Below, piece after piece: positions 12,590 to 25,669 of a stretch of 64,000 nt of DNA. The stretch spans positions 5,333,737-5,397,736 of the forward strand of contig NC_069003.1 of assembly GCF_001194135.2 (NCBI RefSeq), given 5' to 3'. This DNA comes from Octopus bimaculoides (taxonomy: Eukaryota). A program made the position numbers and the translations under genes. How positions within the stretch are numbered: position 1 is the first letter of the stretch; each line of letters starts with the position of its first letter. The notes below the pieces were generated by a model, which worked only from the letters and a program-made list of their open reading frames with translations, did not search any database and was not told the DNA's origin.

Positions 12590-14129
12590 AGTATTTGTAC
12601 ATGCATGTATCTGTGTGTGTGTGTGTGTGTACACATACATACTCCTACACCCATACACCCATATTATTACACTGACCTAGAGTCCTTCTTATTATATACA
12701 GTCTTCCGTCGTCCGCTTACATTTCACTCTGAGGACTAAGGACCCTTCAGTTCATCTTTAAATTAGGAAGTAAAAGGAGAGACAAGCAGAAATCGCCACA
12801 ACCTGCACAACACGAGAAACCAGCCACTAAATGGTCACTCCATTTGCTAGAAGTAGTAGCCAAATCTCTCTCAAATTGTATTGTACTGACTTAAAAGAAG
12901 TAAATAATGACCGTTTTTAAATTCTGGTACAGGGACAAGCAATGGTGGAGGGACAAACACACACACATTGACACATATATAAGACATGCTTCTTTCATGC
13001 TTCTTTCAGTTTCCATCTACCAAATCCACTCACAAGGCTTTGGTCAGCACAAGGCTATAGTAAAAGACACTTGCTCAAGGTTCCATGCAGTGGTACTGAA
13101 CCCGGAGCCATGTGGTTGGTAAGCAAGCTACTTACCACACAGCCACTCCTATAAATATAAATTTATATATTATATATATATATATATATATATNNNNNNN
13201 NNNNNNNNNNNNNNNNNNNNNNNNNNNNNNNNNNNNNNNNNNNNNNNNNNNNNNNNNNNNNNNNNNNNNNNNNNNNNNNNNNNNNNNNNNNNNNNNNNNN
13301 NNNNNNNNNNNNNNNNNNNNNNNNNNNNNNNNNNNNNNNNNNNNNNNNNNNNNNNNNNNNNNNNNNNNNNNNNNNNNNNNNNNNNNNNNNNNNNNNNNNN
13401 NNNNNNNNNNNNNNNNNNNNNNNNNNNNNNNNNNNNNNNNNNNNNNNNNNNNNNNNNNNNNNNNNNNNNNNNNNNNNNNNNNNNNNNNNNNNNNNNNNNN
13501 NNNNNNNNNNNNNNNNNNNNNNNNNNNNNNNNNNNNNNNNNNNNNNNNNNNNNNNNNNNNNNNNNNNNNNNNNNNNNNNNNNNNNNNNNNNNNNNNNNNN
13601 NNNNNNNNNNNNNNNNNNNNNNNNNNNNNNNNNNNNNNNNNNNNNNNNNNNNNNNNNNNNNNNNNNNNNNNNNNNNNNNNNNNNNNNNNNNNNNNNNNNN
13701 NNNNNNNNNNNNNNNNNNNNNNNNNNNNNNNNNNNNNNNNNNNNNNNNNNTCTACAAGTGAGGAATTTCTGTTTGGTTTTTGTTTAAGTAAATAGGCAAA
13801 CAGAGCAAGAATTGCACCCTTTTATGTGCACGAATCAACATCCAGCATTCCTGCAATTCCAAAGAGAAAGACTACAATAAGAGAAGAGCCGAAGATAAAT
13901 TCAAGATAATGATTACATGTGTGTGTGTGTGTGTGTGCATGACTGTATTGTTTAAATATATATATATGCATGTCTGTGTATCTGTATGTGTGTATGTATA
14001 TGCATGTGTGGGTGTGTATTCATATAAATATATGATGGCATGTATGTGTGTGTGTGTGTGTGTGTGTGTATGCATGTATATAAGTATATATATGCGTGTG
14101 TGTATACATATATATATTTATATATATAC

Positions 14130-14163
<34 letters not shown>

Positions 14164-14844
14164 GTATGCATATATGTATGTGTGTGTATGTATAGATATT
14201 TATATATATATTTATGTATATATATGTATGTATATATGTGTGGTGTGTGCATATGTATATATATGTGTGTGTGTGTATGTATATATATGTATGTATGTAT
14301 ATATGTTTGGTGTGTGCATATGGATATATATGTATGTGTGTGTATGTATATATATACACACACACACACACATACACATACACACACGCACGCACACATA
14401 ATATGAGTGTGTATTTGTGTATATATGTGTGTGACATATACAGCTGTAAGAAAAATTCTAAGACATCATCGTTTCTTCATTGCATACTTTTGTCAGAGTT
14501 TTGCTTTCGAGAAAGTGAGAAAGCCGAAAGCCGGGGTGTATTTTTGTGCTGTGTGTAGGAGGAGGGTATCTTATTTTGAGAAGTGAAAGTGAGAGGCTGA
14601 AGGGGGGTAAGGGGAGCGGGGTTAGGGAAGAAGTGTAAGTTCGTTCTGACAGCCACCACCCCTCCGTCTACACCATCCCCACCGCTACCTCTACCACCAC
14701 CACCCACAGGCATCATCCATCAACAGATTCCTTCCTTATTTTCGATGTGTGTGGGNNNNNNNNNNTGGGTGGGGTGGGGGTGTAATATCTCATTATCTCA
14801 TATCAAAACCCTAAAATATATTCACAGCAGAAATATTTACATAG

Positions 14845-15300
14845 AGGTGAATGATGATAATGATGATGATGATGATGGTGCTGATGGTGATGACGACGGT
14901 GGTGATGGTGGTCGTGAAGGTGGTGGTGAGGGAGGTCGTTGTCACTATGGTCATCATCATATTGGTAAGGAGCATGATGGTGGTGTGGGGGACGAGGGGG
15001 ATGCTGGTGATGATGGTGTTGGTGATGATGATGGTAGTGGTGATGATGGCAGCAGTGCTGGCAGTAGTAGTAGTAGTAGTAGTGGTGATGGTGGTGGTGG
15101 TTGAAGGGAGGTAGTGACAGCAACAGCAGCAGTAGTAGTGTTGGTGGTGATGATGATGGAGGTGGTGGTGGTGAAGGTGGTGGTGATAGTAGTTAGTAGT
15201 AGCAGCAGCAGTAGTAGTAGCGGTGGTAGTTATGGTGGTAAGTAGTAGTAGTAGTAGTAGTAGTGGTAGCAGCAGCAGCAGCAGTTGTAGTTAGTACTAC

Positions 15301-15332
<32 letters not shown>

Positions 15333-15335
15333 TCA
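14845..15335. repeat. Compound trinucleotide low-complexity tract (GAT/GGT/AGT/GCA), ending with inverted (TAC)n
   Basis: Directly visible. Confidence 0.9.
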
Positions 15336-15834
15336 CCGCAACATCCAGTCACCGGTTTGACAGTGGAATATGATGCTGATAAACTGAAGTTCCTGTAAAA
15401 ACCCTGAAGATAAAATTTATTCAGAAATTCTTACATTTTCTACAAGTTTCAAAACACAACCCTGGGGGGAAGCGAGTCTATTCGGACCAGTTTTTTATTT
15501 ATTTTATTCCATTCCAGTTCATTTTCTCATTTTTTTTTTCTTATCTTACTTTCATTTTTTTGGAAGAGTGTTATTTAATCCCATAACCCTTTCACACATT
15601 CATAGAATATGAAAAGCGCTATTCCCATCCTTATTCCAGCATGGACAGGTTTTTGGGGTGGGTGGGATTTCCTTTATTTTTTTGCTGCTATGAAAAAGTA
15701 CCCTATTTATGCATTAGTCACTCACTGCAGGATACAGGGTAAGGAATGACCCCCCCCCCCAACACACACACACATCTTCCTTCACCTGTCTCTGTTTTTC
15801 GGTTTTCCGCTTCTTGTACAATTCTGAACCATAC

Positions 15835-16075
15835 ATATTCTTTTGTTCTTTTATTCTTTTACTTGTTTCAGTCATTTGACAGCGGCCATGCTGGAGTGCC
15901 GCCTTTAGTCAAACAAAATCGACCCCCACCCCCAGGACTTATTCTTTGTAAGCCTGACACTTATTCTACAGTCTCTTTTGCCAGACCGCTAAGCTACAGG
16001 GAAGTAAACTCACCAACATCGGTTGTCAAGCGATGTGTGTGGGGTGGGAGGGGACGAACAGACACACAAACATAT

Positions 16076-16106
<31 letters not shown>

Positions 16107-16262
16107 CACACACAACAAGTTTCTTTCAGTTTCCGTCTACCAAATCAACTCACAAGTCTTTGGTCAGCCTGAGGCTACAGTAGAAGGCACTTGCCCAAGG
16201 TGCCATGCAGTGGGACTGAACCTAGAACCATGTGGTTGGTAAGCAAGCTACTTACCACAAAG
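15835..16262 (-). mobile_element. SINE-B, near full length, tRNA-like head, internal (CA)/(TA)
   Basis: Tail TTTTACTTGTTTCAGTCATTTGAC; head (reverse) GTGGTAAGTAGCTTGCTTACCAACCACATGGTTCTAGGTTCAGTCCCACTGC with a B-box-like GGTTCAGTCC. Confidence 0.85.
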
Positions 16263-16983
16263 ATACTTTTGCGCCTATATATACATATATACACGCACAT
16301 ATCTGTATACATAGGTAGATATACATATATGCATATATATAAATATATATACATATGTATACACATACATGTACACATATGCACACCATACATATATATA
16401 TACATACATATAAATATACATACACACCCTTACATACATACATACAGATATATACACACATACACACCCATATATACATAAACACGCATCCATACATACA
16501 TAAACACGCATCCATACATACATACATATATATACATACACACATACATATGTACACAGACACATACATACCCATACATATATCCACACATGTACATCTA
16601 TATATCACCAGTAAAATAGCTATTTCAGGTAGACAGTGGGAAAGGATAGGTGAGTTTTGGTGAAACTACCGATTAGTGACAGCCATGCCTAGCTACCTAC
16701 CTATCTGCCAATCCTATGAAAAACCAAAATAAATACAGCACCTGAAAAGTATCTAGGCAGGATGGCCATATATTGGTATTGACAATATATAACCCAACGT
16801 TAGAGGCATTTTGTCTGTCTTTCACTGTGAATTCAAATTCCACCAAGGTCAACTTTGCCTTTCATCCTTTCAGGGTTGGTAAAGTGAGTACCAGTCGAAT
16901 ACTGGGGTTGATGTAATCGATTTAACCTCTCTTTTGAAATTACTGGTTCTGTGCCAAAATTTGAAACCGGTATATATTCCAAC

Positions 16984-18206
16984 AACCATTTAGCATTTAA
17001 ACCGGCCATATCTGGCCAAAATATTCTACGTGTTTTATGTCCAAATCAGATTCATTCTGGCCTTTCACACCTACCCTACAATGTCATTCTAAAATAAACA
17101 ATCACATCATTAAAATCTCAGAGTAACAACACAATGCATGATTAATTCAAAACAATGTGAATCAATAAGTATCATATTTGTTGGAGTAATCTGAATGTTA
17201 AACGGCTAACTCTTTAGCATTCAAACTGGCCATATCAGGCCCTCATAGTCTACCTGTTTCATGTTCAAACCAGCCAGATCCAGCCTCTCACACCTACCCT
17301 ATCATGTCGTTCTAAAAGTAAACAATAACATCATTGAAACCATGAGATAATACCTGATTAATTCAAAACAATGTGAATAAACAAACATTACATTTGACAG
17401 TAATTTAATAAAACCAGCTCAGATAATCTTGTTTAATGTTTAAACTTGCTAGATTCAGTCTCTTGCACCTATCCTACAATGTCATTTTAAAAATAAACAA
17501 TTACATCATTGAAAGCCTGAACCCATGAGATAATACCTGATTAATTCAAAGCAATGTGTATAAATAAGGATCCCATTTGATAGAGTAATCGGAATGCTAA
17601 AGGGTAATTAATCCTTTAGCACTTAAACCGGCCAGAACTGGTCCAAATATTCTACATGCTTTATATTCAAACTGGCCAAATCTGGTCCTTCACATCTACT
17701 TTAAAATGTCATCATAGAAATAAATAATCACATTATCAAACACTTGAAGCTACAAGGTAAGGCAAGATTAATCCAAAACAATGTGAAGAGCACTCAGAGA
17801 GCGCAAACCTCTGCCAAGGCAACACCAACGTCCTCTCAACGATTAGCCAGAGATGATTTTTAAAATGAGAATATCTGAAATAAACTCAACTGCTCTCACA
17901 AATGAGAATACTAAAAATGAACCCGACTGCTCTCAAAAATTAAGTAAAACAACAGGAAAAATAATCCAGAATCCTTGTCTGGTACTGGATCAATCCCAAA
18001 ATCTAACCAGTTTCTGCAAGTCACGGGGCCAAACATCCTTGAAAGTTTCATCCGAATTCATCCAGTGGTTCTTGAGATGTCTTATCCATGAACAAACAAA
18101 CAAAAAAACAAACACAACTGAAAACAATACCCCTGCCTTCACTAAGGCAGAGGTAATAAATCAGCAATTATATTTTACAGAATATTCTGAATTCTAAAAG
18201 GTTAAA
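16984..18206. mobile_element. Head-to-tail array of four TTAA-flanked MITEs (family P1, piggyBac-like ends)
   Basis: Units start near 16984, 17207, 17420 (partial) and 17607; ends CC(C)TTTAGCATT / AATGCTAAAGGG with TTAA-like junctions; unit 4 is split by an insertion and resumes at 18156-18206. Confidence 0.75.
17788..18155. mobile_element. ~370-bp non-autonomous element, copy 1 (subterminal inverted repeat, (CAAA)n, terminal hairpin, no TSD)
   Basis: AACCTCTGCCAAGG near the left end; hairpin ACCCCTGCCTT-CACT-AAGGCAGAGGT at 18129-18154; closely similar copy at 37405-37775. Confidence 0.75.
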
Positions 18207-18644
18207 CAACAACAATTAAAGTAAAACTTCAGTTTACAAATTTAATTTGTTCCTAAAGGCTGTTCATCAGCTGATATATTCATAAACTGAAATTACTTTT
18301 TCTATAGAAAATTCAAAAGAGGACACAGTGAATTCGAGCAGGGATGTACACTGAGCAAAAACTACAAAGCAAACAATGATCAGCTGCTGATGATGTTACC
18401 AGCTTGGTGCCAGTTTGTGTGTTCGTTGCACAAGACTCCATCCATCACTAGAAAATTTGGAAAATTGCTTATAAACTGATTTGTTCGTGATGAGAGGCAT
18501 CTGTAAACTGAACTTCCAATGTAATCATCTATTATGAAATGGTAAGAGTGCACCTGACCCCAGGTCAGAAGATATTCTGATCCAGTCATCAGATGAAACA
18601 TGAATAAAATTTGATGAATCAGTATATATGTGTGCATATGTGTG

Positions 18645-18718
<74 letters not shown>

Positions 18719-19176
18719 GGAATGTGTGATGTGCATGAGTGTTACATAACCAACCAAAACACACACACACCGAGGAGGCAGCATTTCAAAAGATAACAGA
18801 AAAAGCTCAATTGCCCTAAAAAAACAATAAAAATAAAATTATTCAAACAGTGAATAATTGTGAAAAACTGAATAATTAACGCAGTACATTACAGAAATTA
18901 ATTACTGGTTGATGTACTTCGAAGGAAACCATCCATAAATTCTATTCATACAAGGACAGAGAGAACAAGAGAGAGAGAGAGAGGGAGAGAGATAGTAAGT
19001 GATGTGTAAGAGAGAAAGAGAGAGAAACATAGTCAAGTGTGATCCAACAGAGCCAAGATGTGATGCTAAGAATGTACTATTTATGAAAAACCACAAAATG
19101 TAATGAAGTTAAAGAATTATCTATTTATTTATTACGAGGATAGAACACAGAAAAAGACTGTACAATGTAATGAGGT

Positions 19177-19390
19177 GAGCTTGGAGGGAGTTACTTGACT
19201 AGCTAGAAATAGCAGCCAAATCTTCAAATTTCACTCAAATGTCTTACAGAGAAAAGGTGGGAGGAAAGACACCAGATACTGTAGCGCAGGCTTATTACAC
19301 AGAGCTGAAAAAAAGAAGGTCCATTCAATAAGGGTTGAACTAGGGCAAAATGCAGACAACGACAATAACAACAACATTACCAACAATGAC
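19177..19390 (+). mobile_element. SINE-E-like repeat with (AAC)n tail
   Basis: CTAGAAATAGCAGCCAAATCT core also seen near 12850, 28975, 40200 and 62830, and reversed near 47110, 51940, 55960 and 56290. Confidence 0.6.
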
Positions 19391-19559
19391 AACAGAGATG
19401 CCTAAAACCTTCACAATTGCAGAACATACAAACAGTGTCATTCGTTCCCAGATTCTACAAGAATAGGTTTGGAGATGGGGGAAATATTATCTTGCCTGGA
19501 AGCAAGTGAGGGTTGATGGAACCAACTTACTCCCCACCCCCACCAAATTGCTGGACTTG

Positions 19560-20095
19560 TACAGCAAGCTGGCAGAGTCGTTAGCATGATGGACGAAATG
19601 TTTAGTGGCATTTTGTCTGTCTGTCTGTATGTTCTGAGTTCAAATTCCGCCGAAGTCAACTCTGCCTTTCATCCTCTCAGGGTCAATAAAACAAGTACCA
19701 GTTACACACCAGGGTCAATAAAATAAGTACCAGTTACACACCGGGGTTACACTGTCCCCCTCACTACAAATCTGAGCCCTTGTGCCTATAGTAGAAAGGA
19801 TTATTATCATCATCATCATCATCATCTCTTATAACATATAAAGGCAGTGAGCTGGCAGAATTGTTACTGTGCCAGATGAAATGCTTAGCAACATTTCTGT
19901 TAGCTTTATGCTGTGAGTTCAAATGCCACCGGGGTTACCTCTACCTTTCATCCTTTTTTTTTTTCTTAGGGAACAGTGGGGGATGTCAATGAAATAAATA
20001 TCAGTCGAACATTAGGGTCAATATGTATGTAATCAACTCGCCCCCCCCACACGCACGTCCCCCCCGCCAAATTTCAGCCCTTGTGCATAACCAAA
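19560..20095 (+). mobile_element. Two tandem SINE-A copies
   Basis: 19560-19810 and 19841-20095; AGCTGGCAGA head, GAGTTCAAAT B-box, GCCTTTCATCC core; first copy ends GTAGAAAGGATTATTATCATC and has a ~33-bp internal duplication. Confidence 0.85.
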
Positions 20096-20205
20096 GAATG
20101 GATTATATGTCAGCCTGAGAAACTATGTCGAAGCAAACACTGGCGTTAATTACAGTTTCTCCAACTTGTAGGATCCAGCCAAAACAGACATTAAACAATG
20201 ATGGT

Positions 20206-20243
<38 letters not shown>

Positions 20244-20485
20244 ACTCTGTGCTATTAAGTGTGCTTGTTAAAATATTATCAAATGCAAGGAGTCACAAGT
20301 TATACGGAACAGTACAGCAGCATTAACCGGTGGAGCGATAACCATAAAGTACATTGCCATCCTATGAGAGCCGAGGATGTTAGGAGGTTATGCAGTATTG
20401 TGTTAGTTCTGTAACAATATATGCTCCACATTTTATCTCATAACAACAGATGGTTGCTTCTCTGCTTCTCACTCTCTTTCTCTCC

Positions 20486-20531
<46 letters not shown>

Positions 20532-20649
20532 CACACTCACATATGCATTCTTTGTTTCTCTCTCTATCTCTCTCTCTCTCTTACACACGCATACACACAC
20601 AGAGTCTTTGTCTCTCTCTCTCTCTCAGTAGATCACATACACATGCATA

Positions 20650-20689
<40 letters not shown>

Positions 20690-20929
20690 CTCTCTCATCC
20701 GATCACACACACACACACACACTTTTGTATCTCTCTCCCTCTCATACACACACAATCTTTCTCTCTCTCTCCCTCCCTTCATTCCTCTCTCTCTCACTCT
20801 CTCACCACATGACACACCTACATACAGTGTCTATATGACTGTGTCTATGTACTTACATATGTAATAGCATGTATGTGTCTGCAAACTTCTTTGTAAGTGT
20901 TTATGTTTATCTGTGTATGCGTATATATA

Positions 20930-20960
<31 letters not shown>

Positions 20961-21630
20961 GAATCCGCTCTAAGCATTTCTGCCACAGTATGATGTGTGT
21001 ATGTGTGTGTACCCCCACCATTGCTTGACAACCAATGCTGCTGTGTTTATGCTCCCATAACTTGCCAGTTCAGCAAAAGATACTGATAGAATAAGTATTA
21101 GGCTTACATACAGTAAGTCCTGGGGTCGATTTGTTCAACTAAAGGTGGTGCTCCAGCATGGCCACAGTCACATGATGGAAACAAGTAAAACAATAAAAAA
21201 AACTATGCCACCTTAATCCCAAGCAACGCCGGGTACCTCTGCTAGTATATAATACATATATACATACAATGTGGACAAACAGATCTACAAACAAACTCCA
21301 CTGTGAAATCCTATTGAGGCTGAATGTAGAAGCCCTGCCCCCGCCCATCCTTGTACGTGTGAAGAGTTCAAACGGTTGATAGGGACCAGCTGTTTATGAA
21401 AATTTACTACAAATGAACTTTACTTAACATTACTAACTAAGCTATTTCACTTATCTAAAGGCGGCACTCCAGCATGGCCGCTGTCAAATGACTGAAACAA
21501 GTAAAAGAATAAAAAAGGAAAAAGGATAAAATACTGCCATGAAATAAAATGCGTGGCTTTTAAAAAAATGCAGAAGTGATTCTCTCCCTTTTAATAGTAA
21601 ATTCACCAGAAGTAAACCACATGCTCAACA

Positions 21631-22448
21631 TTTTTGATAACTTCCTTAACTTTTGCAAATAAATGCATGAAATTTTGATACAATATGAAGGACATGATGG
21701 AAATTAATATGCACAAGTCAAATTTCGCAACACCACTACATCACATATGGAAAATGACATCGCTTAAATGGCTGCCATTTTTGGCGTCGTACGCCTGTGC
21801 TCTTTCCAAAACTTGCACCATAACGCCCTCAAGAGTTTCAGACCCCTACTTCTCTGATTTCTCTGTTGATGTTCTCCTTCAGCTGCACCAGGGTCTCTGG
21901 TTTGTTGACGTAAATCCTCTCTTTCAGGTATGCCTACAAGAAAAAATCCAGGCTAGTCAAGTCTGGGGGCCGTGAAGGCCATTGCCGTTTCTCTCTCCAA
22001 AGCACTGCCATAGCAACCGCATTGTTTCTCTTGCAGTATGAGCAAGTTGCCCCATCTTACTGGAACCATGTGTGAGGTCTACTTTGAATGGCTGGGTGCA
22101 AAAAGGTCTCATTCATGGATACCTGAAAGAGAGGATTTATGTCAACAAACCGGAGACCCAGGTGCAACTGAAGGAGAACATCAATAGAGAAATCAGAGAA
22201 GTGGGGTCTGAAACTCTTGAGGGTGTTATGGTGCAAGTTTTGGAAAGAGCACAGGCATGTGGAAAATGGCTGTCATTTAAGCAATGTCATTTTCCATATG
22301 TGATGTAGTGGTGTTGCAAAATTTGACGTGTGCATATTAATTTCCATTATGTCCTTCATATTGTATCAAAATTTCATGCCTTTATTTGCAAAAGTTAAGG
22401 AAGTTGTTAAAAATTGAAACCCATCAGTGACTTTGGGGACACCCTGTA
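21631..22448. mobile_element. Tc1/mariner (DDxD-type) transposase 3' remnant arranged as a foldback
   Basis: Minus strand (about 22070 to 21730): WFQ*DGAT-AHTARETMRLL...WPSRPPDLTSLDFFL*AYLKERIYVNKPETLVQLKENINREIREV...NGSHLSDVIFHM*; plus strand from 22119 repeats YLKERIYVNKPET...; right end GGGGACACCCTG+TA. Confidence 0.85.
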
Positions 22449-22454
22449 CCTATA

Positions 22455-22700
22455 TCATTGTCATCGTCATCATTTAGTGGCCCCTTTCCCATGTTAGCAT
22501 TGGTTGGATGGTTCGACAAGAGTAGATAAGCCAGTGGGCCACACCAGATTCTAAATCTACCTTGGCTTGGTTTTCTACAGTTGAATGCCCTTTGTAATGT
22601 CAACCGCTTAACAGAGAGCACTGGGTGCTTTTTATGTGGCACCAGCACTGGTGAGGTTGCCAATTCACTGTTAGATAAGACCCCCACAACTGAGCGGGAT
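22455..22700 (-). mobile_element. SINE-D-like repeat ((GAT)n tail)
   Basis: CATCGTCATCATTTAGTGGCCCCTTTCCCATGTTAGCATTGGTTGGATGG...GGGTGCTTTTTATGTGGCACCAGCAC; relatives near 11400, 46740, 54240, 54700, 59420 and 61760. Confidence 0.7.
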
Positions 22701-22820
22701 ATAGAATGGAGGAATAAGAGACTACGATGGAGGGAGAGGAGCAAGTGTCTTGCTGAAGAGGTAAATACATGCCTTGCCCACCTGGAGAGAGAGAAGTCCA
22801 AGTACAAAGTGAATATAAGA

Positions 22821-22851
<31 letters not shown>

Positions 22852-23519
22852 CATATATATACAGACAGATACACACTGCACAAGAGGCCTCTTTCACTGC
22901 CACCTACCAAATCCCCTCACAATGCATCGATCAGCCTGAGGCTGAAGTAGGAGACATTTGCCCAATGTACCATGCCGCAGAACTGAACCTGGAACCACTT
23001 GGTTGAAAAATAAACTTTTTAAATACACAGCCATGCCTGGAAGCAACATAATGGATATATGTGATGCATTTAATTATGACTAAATTCTCTGAAAGCAACA
23101 AGGATAGGCTTAAATCAAGAAATGAGCAGCCAATCTTGTGTATCATTTCTTTTACTTAGAAATCATAAAAAATTCTCAAAACTTCCAAGAATTTTCTCAC
23201 CTATAGGATGATTGAAAGTTCTGGGATGAGGATGTTGACTCAGTCGAAGAAGGAAGGGCAGTATCTTACAACTTTTTTGTCAGATTTCCAAGATTGTTGG
23301 GGAAAATTGGGAGAGCCTACATCACTCACACGTAAGTTCTAAAAGCTAAGACTTTATGCCAAGTGCTTGCAAAAAAAGTGGTCTTTGCAAATGGCACTGA
23401 GGAGCCAGAGGGTGATGTTGAATCAGAAGACAGACGAAGACTACTACAAAACAAAACGCACAATCCATTCGGTAGGCTTCCACACAATTTCCTTTTTTAC
23501 CAAATAATACTCACACGAT

Positions 23520-24035
23520 CTGCGCTGACCTTTTATCTTTGACTGTGTGGCCATGTTGGAGCACTGTCGTGAAGGGTTTAGTCTAATAAATTTAAGCCCA
23601 GTACTTAGTGGCAAGTTTGATACAAATTCTTTCATTCTCGTTTACTAAACTGCTAAGTTATGGGGACATAAACAAACCAACATCAGCTGTCAACCACTGG
23701 CAGAGGACAAACACAACCACATGCATATATATGTGTGTATATAAGTATAAATGTATATAAGTATATATATACACACACAGCCATATATTCATATACATAC
23801 ACATGCATGCACGCACACAAACACAAACCCACACACACACACACACACACATGCAGACACACACATATATATTACATAAATGCACAAAGGGCTTTCACAG
23901 TTTCTGTTAATTTCACTCGCAAGGCACTAGATGGCCTGGGGCTATAGAAGACACTTGCCCAAGGTGCTGTGTTGTGGGACTGAACATGAAACAACATGGT
24001 TGCAAAGCAACCTTCTTAACCACACAGCCATGTCT
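23520..24035 (-). mobile_element. SINE-B with expanded internal microsatellite
   Basis: Tail, (CA/TA) centre, GAAGACACTTGCCCAAGG and head blocks all present. Confidence 0.8.
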
Positions 24036-24389
24036 ACACTTACCTTCATAACCACAGACCTCTCTAACGGCCATTTTTAATTTCATGCTTACCCTCATTA
24101 AACTGTAAATAACAATTCTGTTTGCTGATCTGTGGTTTGTCTCAGTCTGGTAAGGGCATGAGAAATTTGAGAAAGGTTGATGGAAATATTTCATGAAGGA
24201 GTGAACTAATTAGAGAGAGAGAGGATTGTTTGCAAGTAATGAGAAATTAAAACAAAACTGACACAACCAATTATTTACCATCATTAAACACATTGACTAA
24301 CCAATGATATTGAAATACTCGTTACTGTCTGTAGAACTAGATTAATTTATGTGCTAATAACAAATCTCTCTCTATACATTTGTGTGCAC

Positions 24390-24452
<63 letters not shown>

Positions 24453-25128
24453 CATGGCTGTGTGGTATGAAGTTTACTTCCTAATTATATGATTCCAGGT
24501 TCAGTTTCACTGCGAAGCACCTTGGACAAGTGCCTTCTACTATAGCCCCCAGGCTGATCTTGTGACCAGATATGGTAAGCAGAAACTGAAAGAAGCCCAT
24601 CATAAATATGTGTGTGTGTGTGTCTGCACCCTTGTCTTGACATCATGTGATTGTTGTAAACAAGCATCACTTTCATACAAGCAGGGTTGTTAATTTCCAG
24701 TTTTTCCCTGAAAAACAGGTCTAGCTATAAGGAAACATTACTTTGCTTGAAAATAGCTGAGGATTGACAACAGGAAAGGCATCTGGCTGTAGAAACTCGA
24801 CTTCAATACCAATGCCAGTGTCATGGGGCGATAGTAGATGGCACTCACCCAAGGTGCCACGCATTGGATTGAACCCAGAAATATGTAGCTGGGAAGCATA
24901 TTTCTTACCACACAGCCACAGATCAAACATCAAGCAACACACTCTGTATCAAGAGCTGATACAATCATAAAATCAGAAACACATACACACATATACCTTA
25001 TTCACACACATACATACAGGTATACACACATATATATATACACACATACACAAAAAATACACATACAAACATACATAAGTACATAAACGTATATGCGTGT
25101 TGATACATATGTACTCACACACACACAC

Positions 25129-25129
<1 letters not shown>

Positions 25130-25172
<43 letters not shown>

Positions 25173-25220
25173 GGGTAGATAGATGGATAGATGGATAGAC
25201 AGATAGATAGATGGATAGAC

Positions 25221-25267
<47 letters not shown>

Positions 25268-25300
25268 CAGATAGGTACATAGATAAACAGACAGATAGAG
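25130..25300. repeat. (GATA)n tetranucleotide array
   Basis: Directly visible; a second array at about 32950-33040. Confidence 0.95.
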
Positions 25301-25669
25301 AACGAAAGAGAGAGACTAAAACTCGGAGAAATAGAGAGAAATGGGTCATCATTTGAAGACAACCGGAAATTGGCCATTGAAAATGTAGCATGAATCAAGC
25401 ATGTGTGTAGCGTAATGGCCAAAAATATGGAAGATTGGCTAATTAGTGGGGTGTATAGATGAAGAAAAATCTAACCTATATTTCCTGTTCAGCTTACTCA
25501 TTAAGGTTAATTTTCCAGAAATAGACATTTTAAGAGGTGAAAACAGTAGAAGAGATACATTATCAACATCACAAAAGTCATGGCTAGTGATTCTATATCT
25601 ACGACAAGTATCTCAATCTATTTTCGTGGGAAGGAGAATTAATTTGATTTCAATAAATGGACACAGTCG

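Noticed and set aside
14745-15123. Asp/Gly/Ser-rich and His-rich ORFs
   Set aside because: Arise from mixed trinucleotide repeats; several frames are open at once, and I see no splice context or recognisable domain.
18398-18500. Minus-strand candidate exon (MPLITNKSVYKQFSKFSSDGWSLVQRTHKLAPS)
   Set aside because: Two frames are open, the donor is weak and I recognise no homology.
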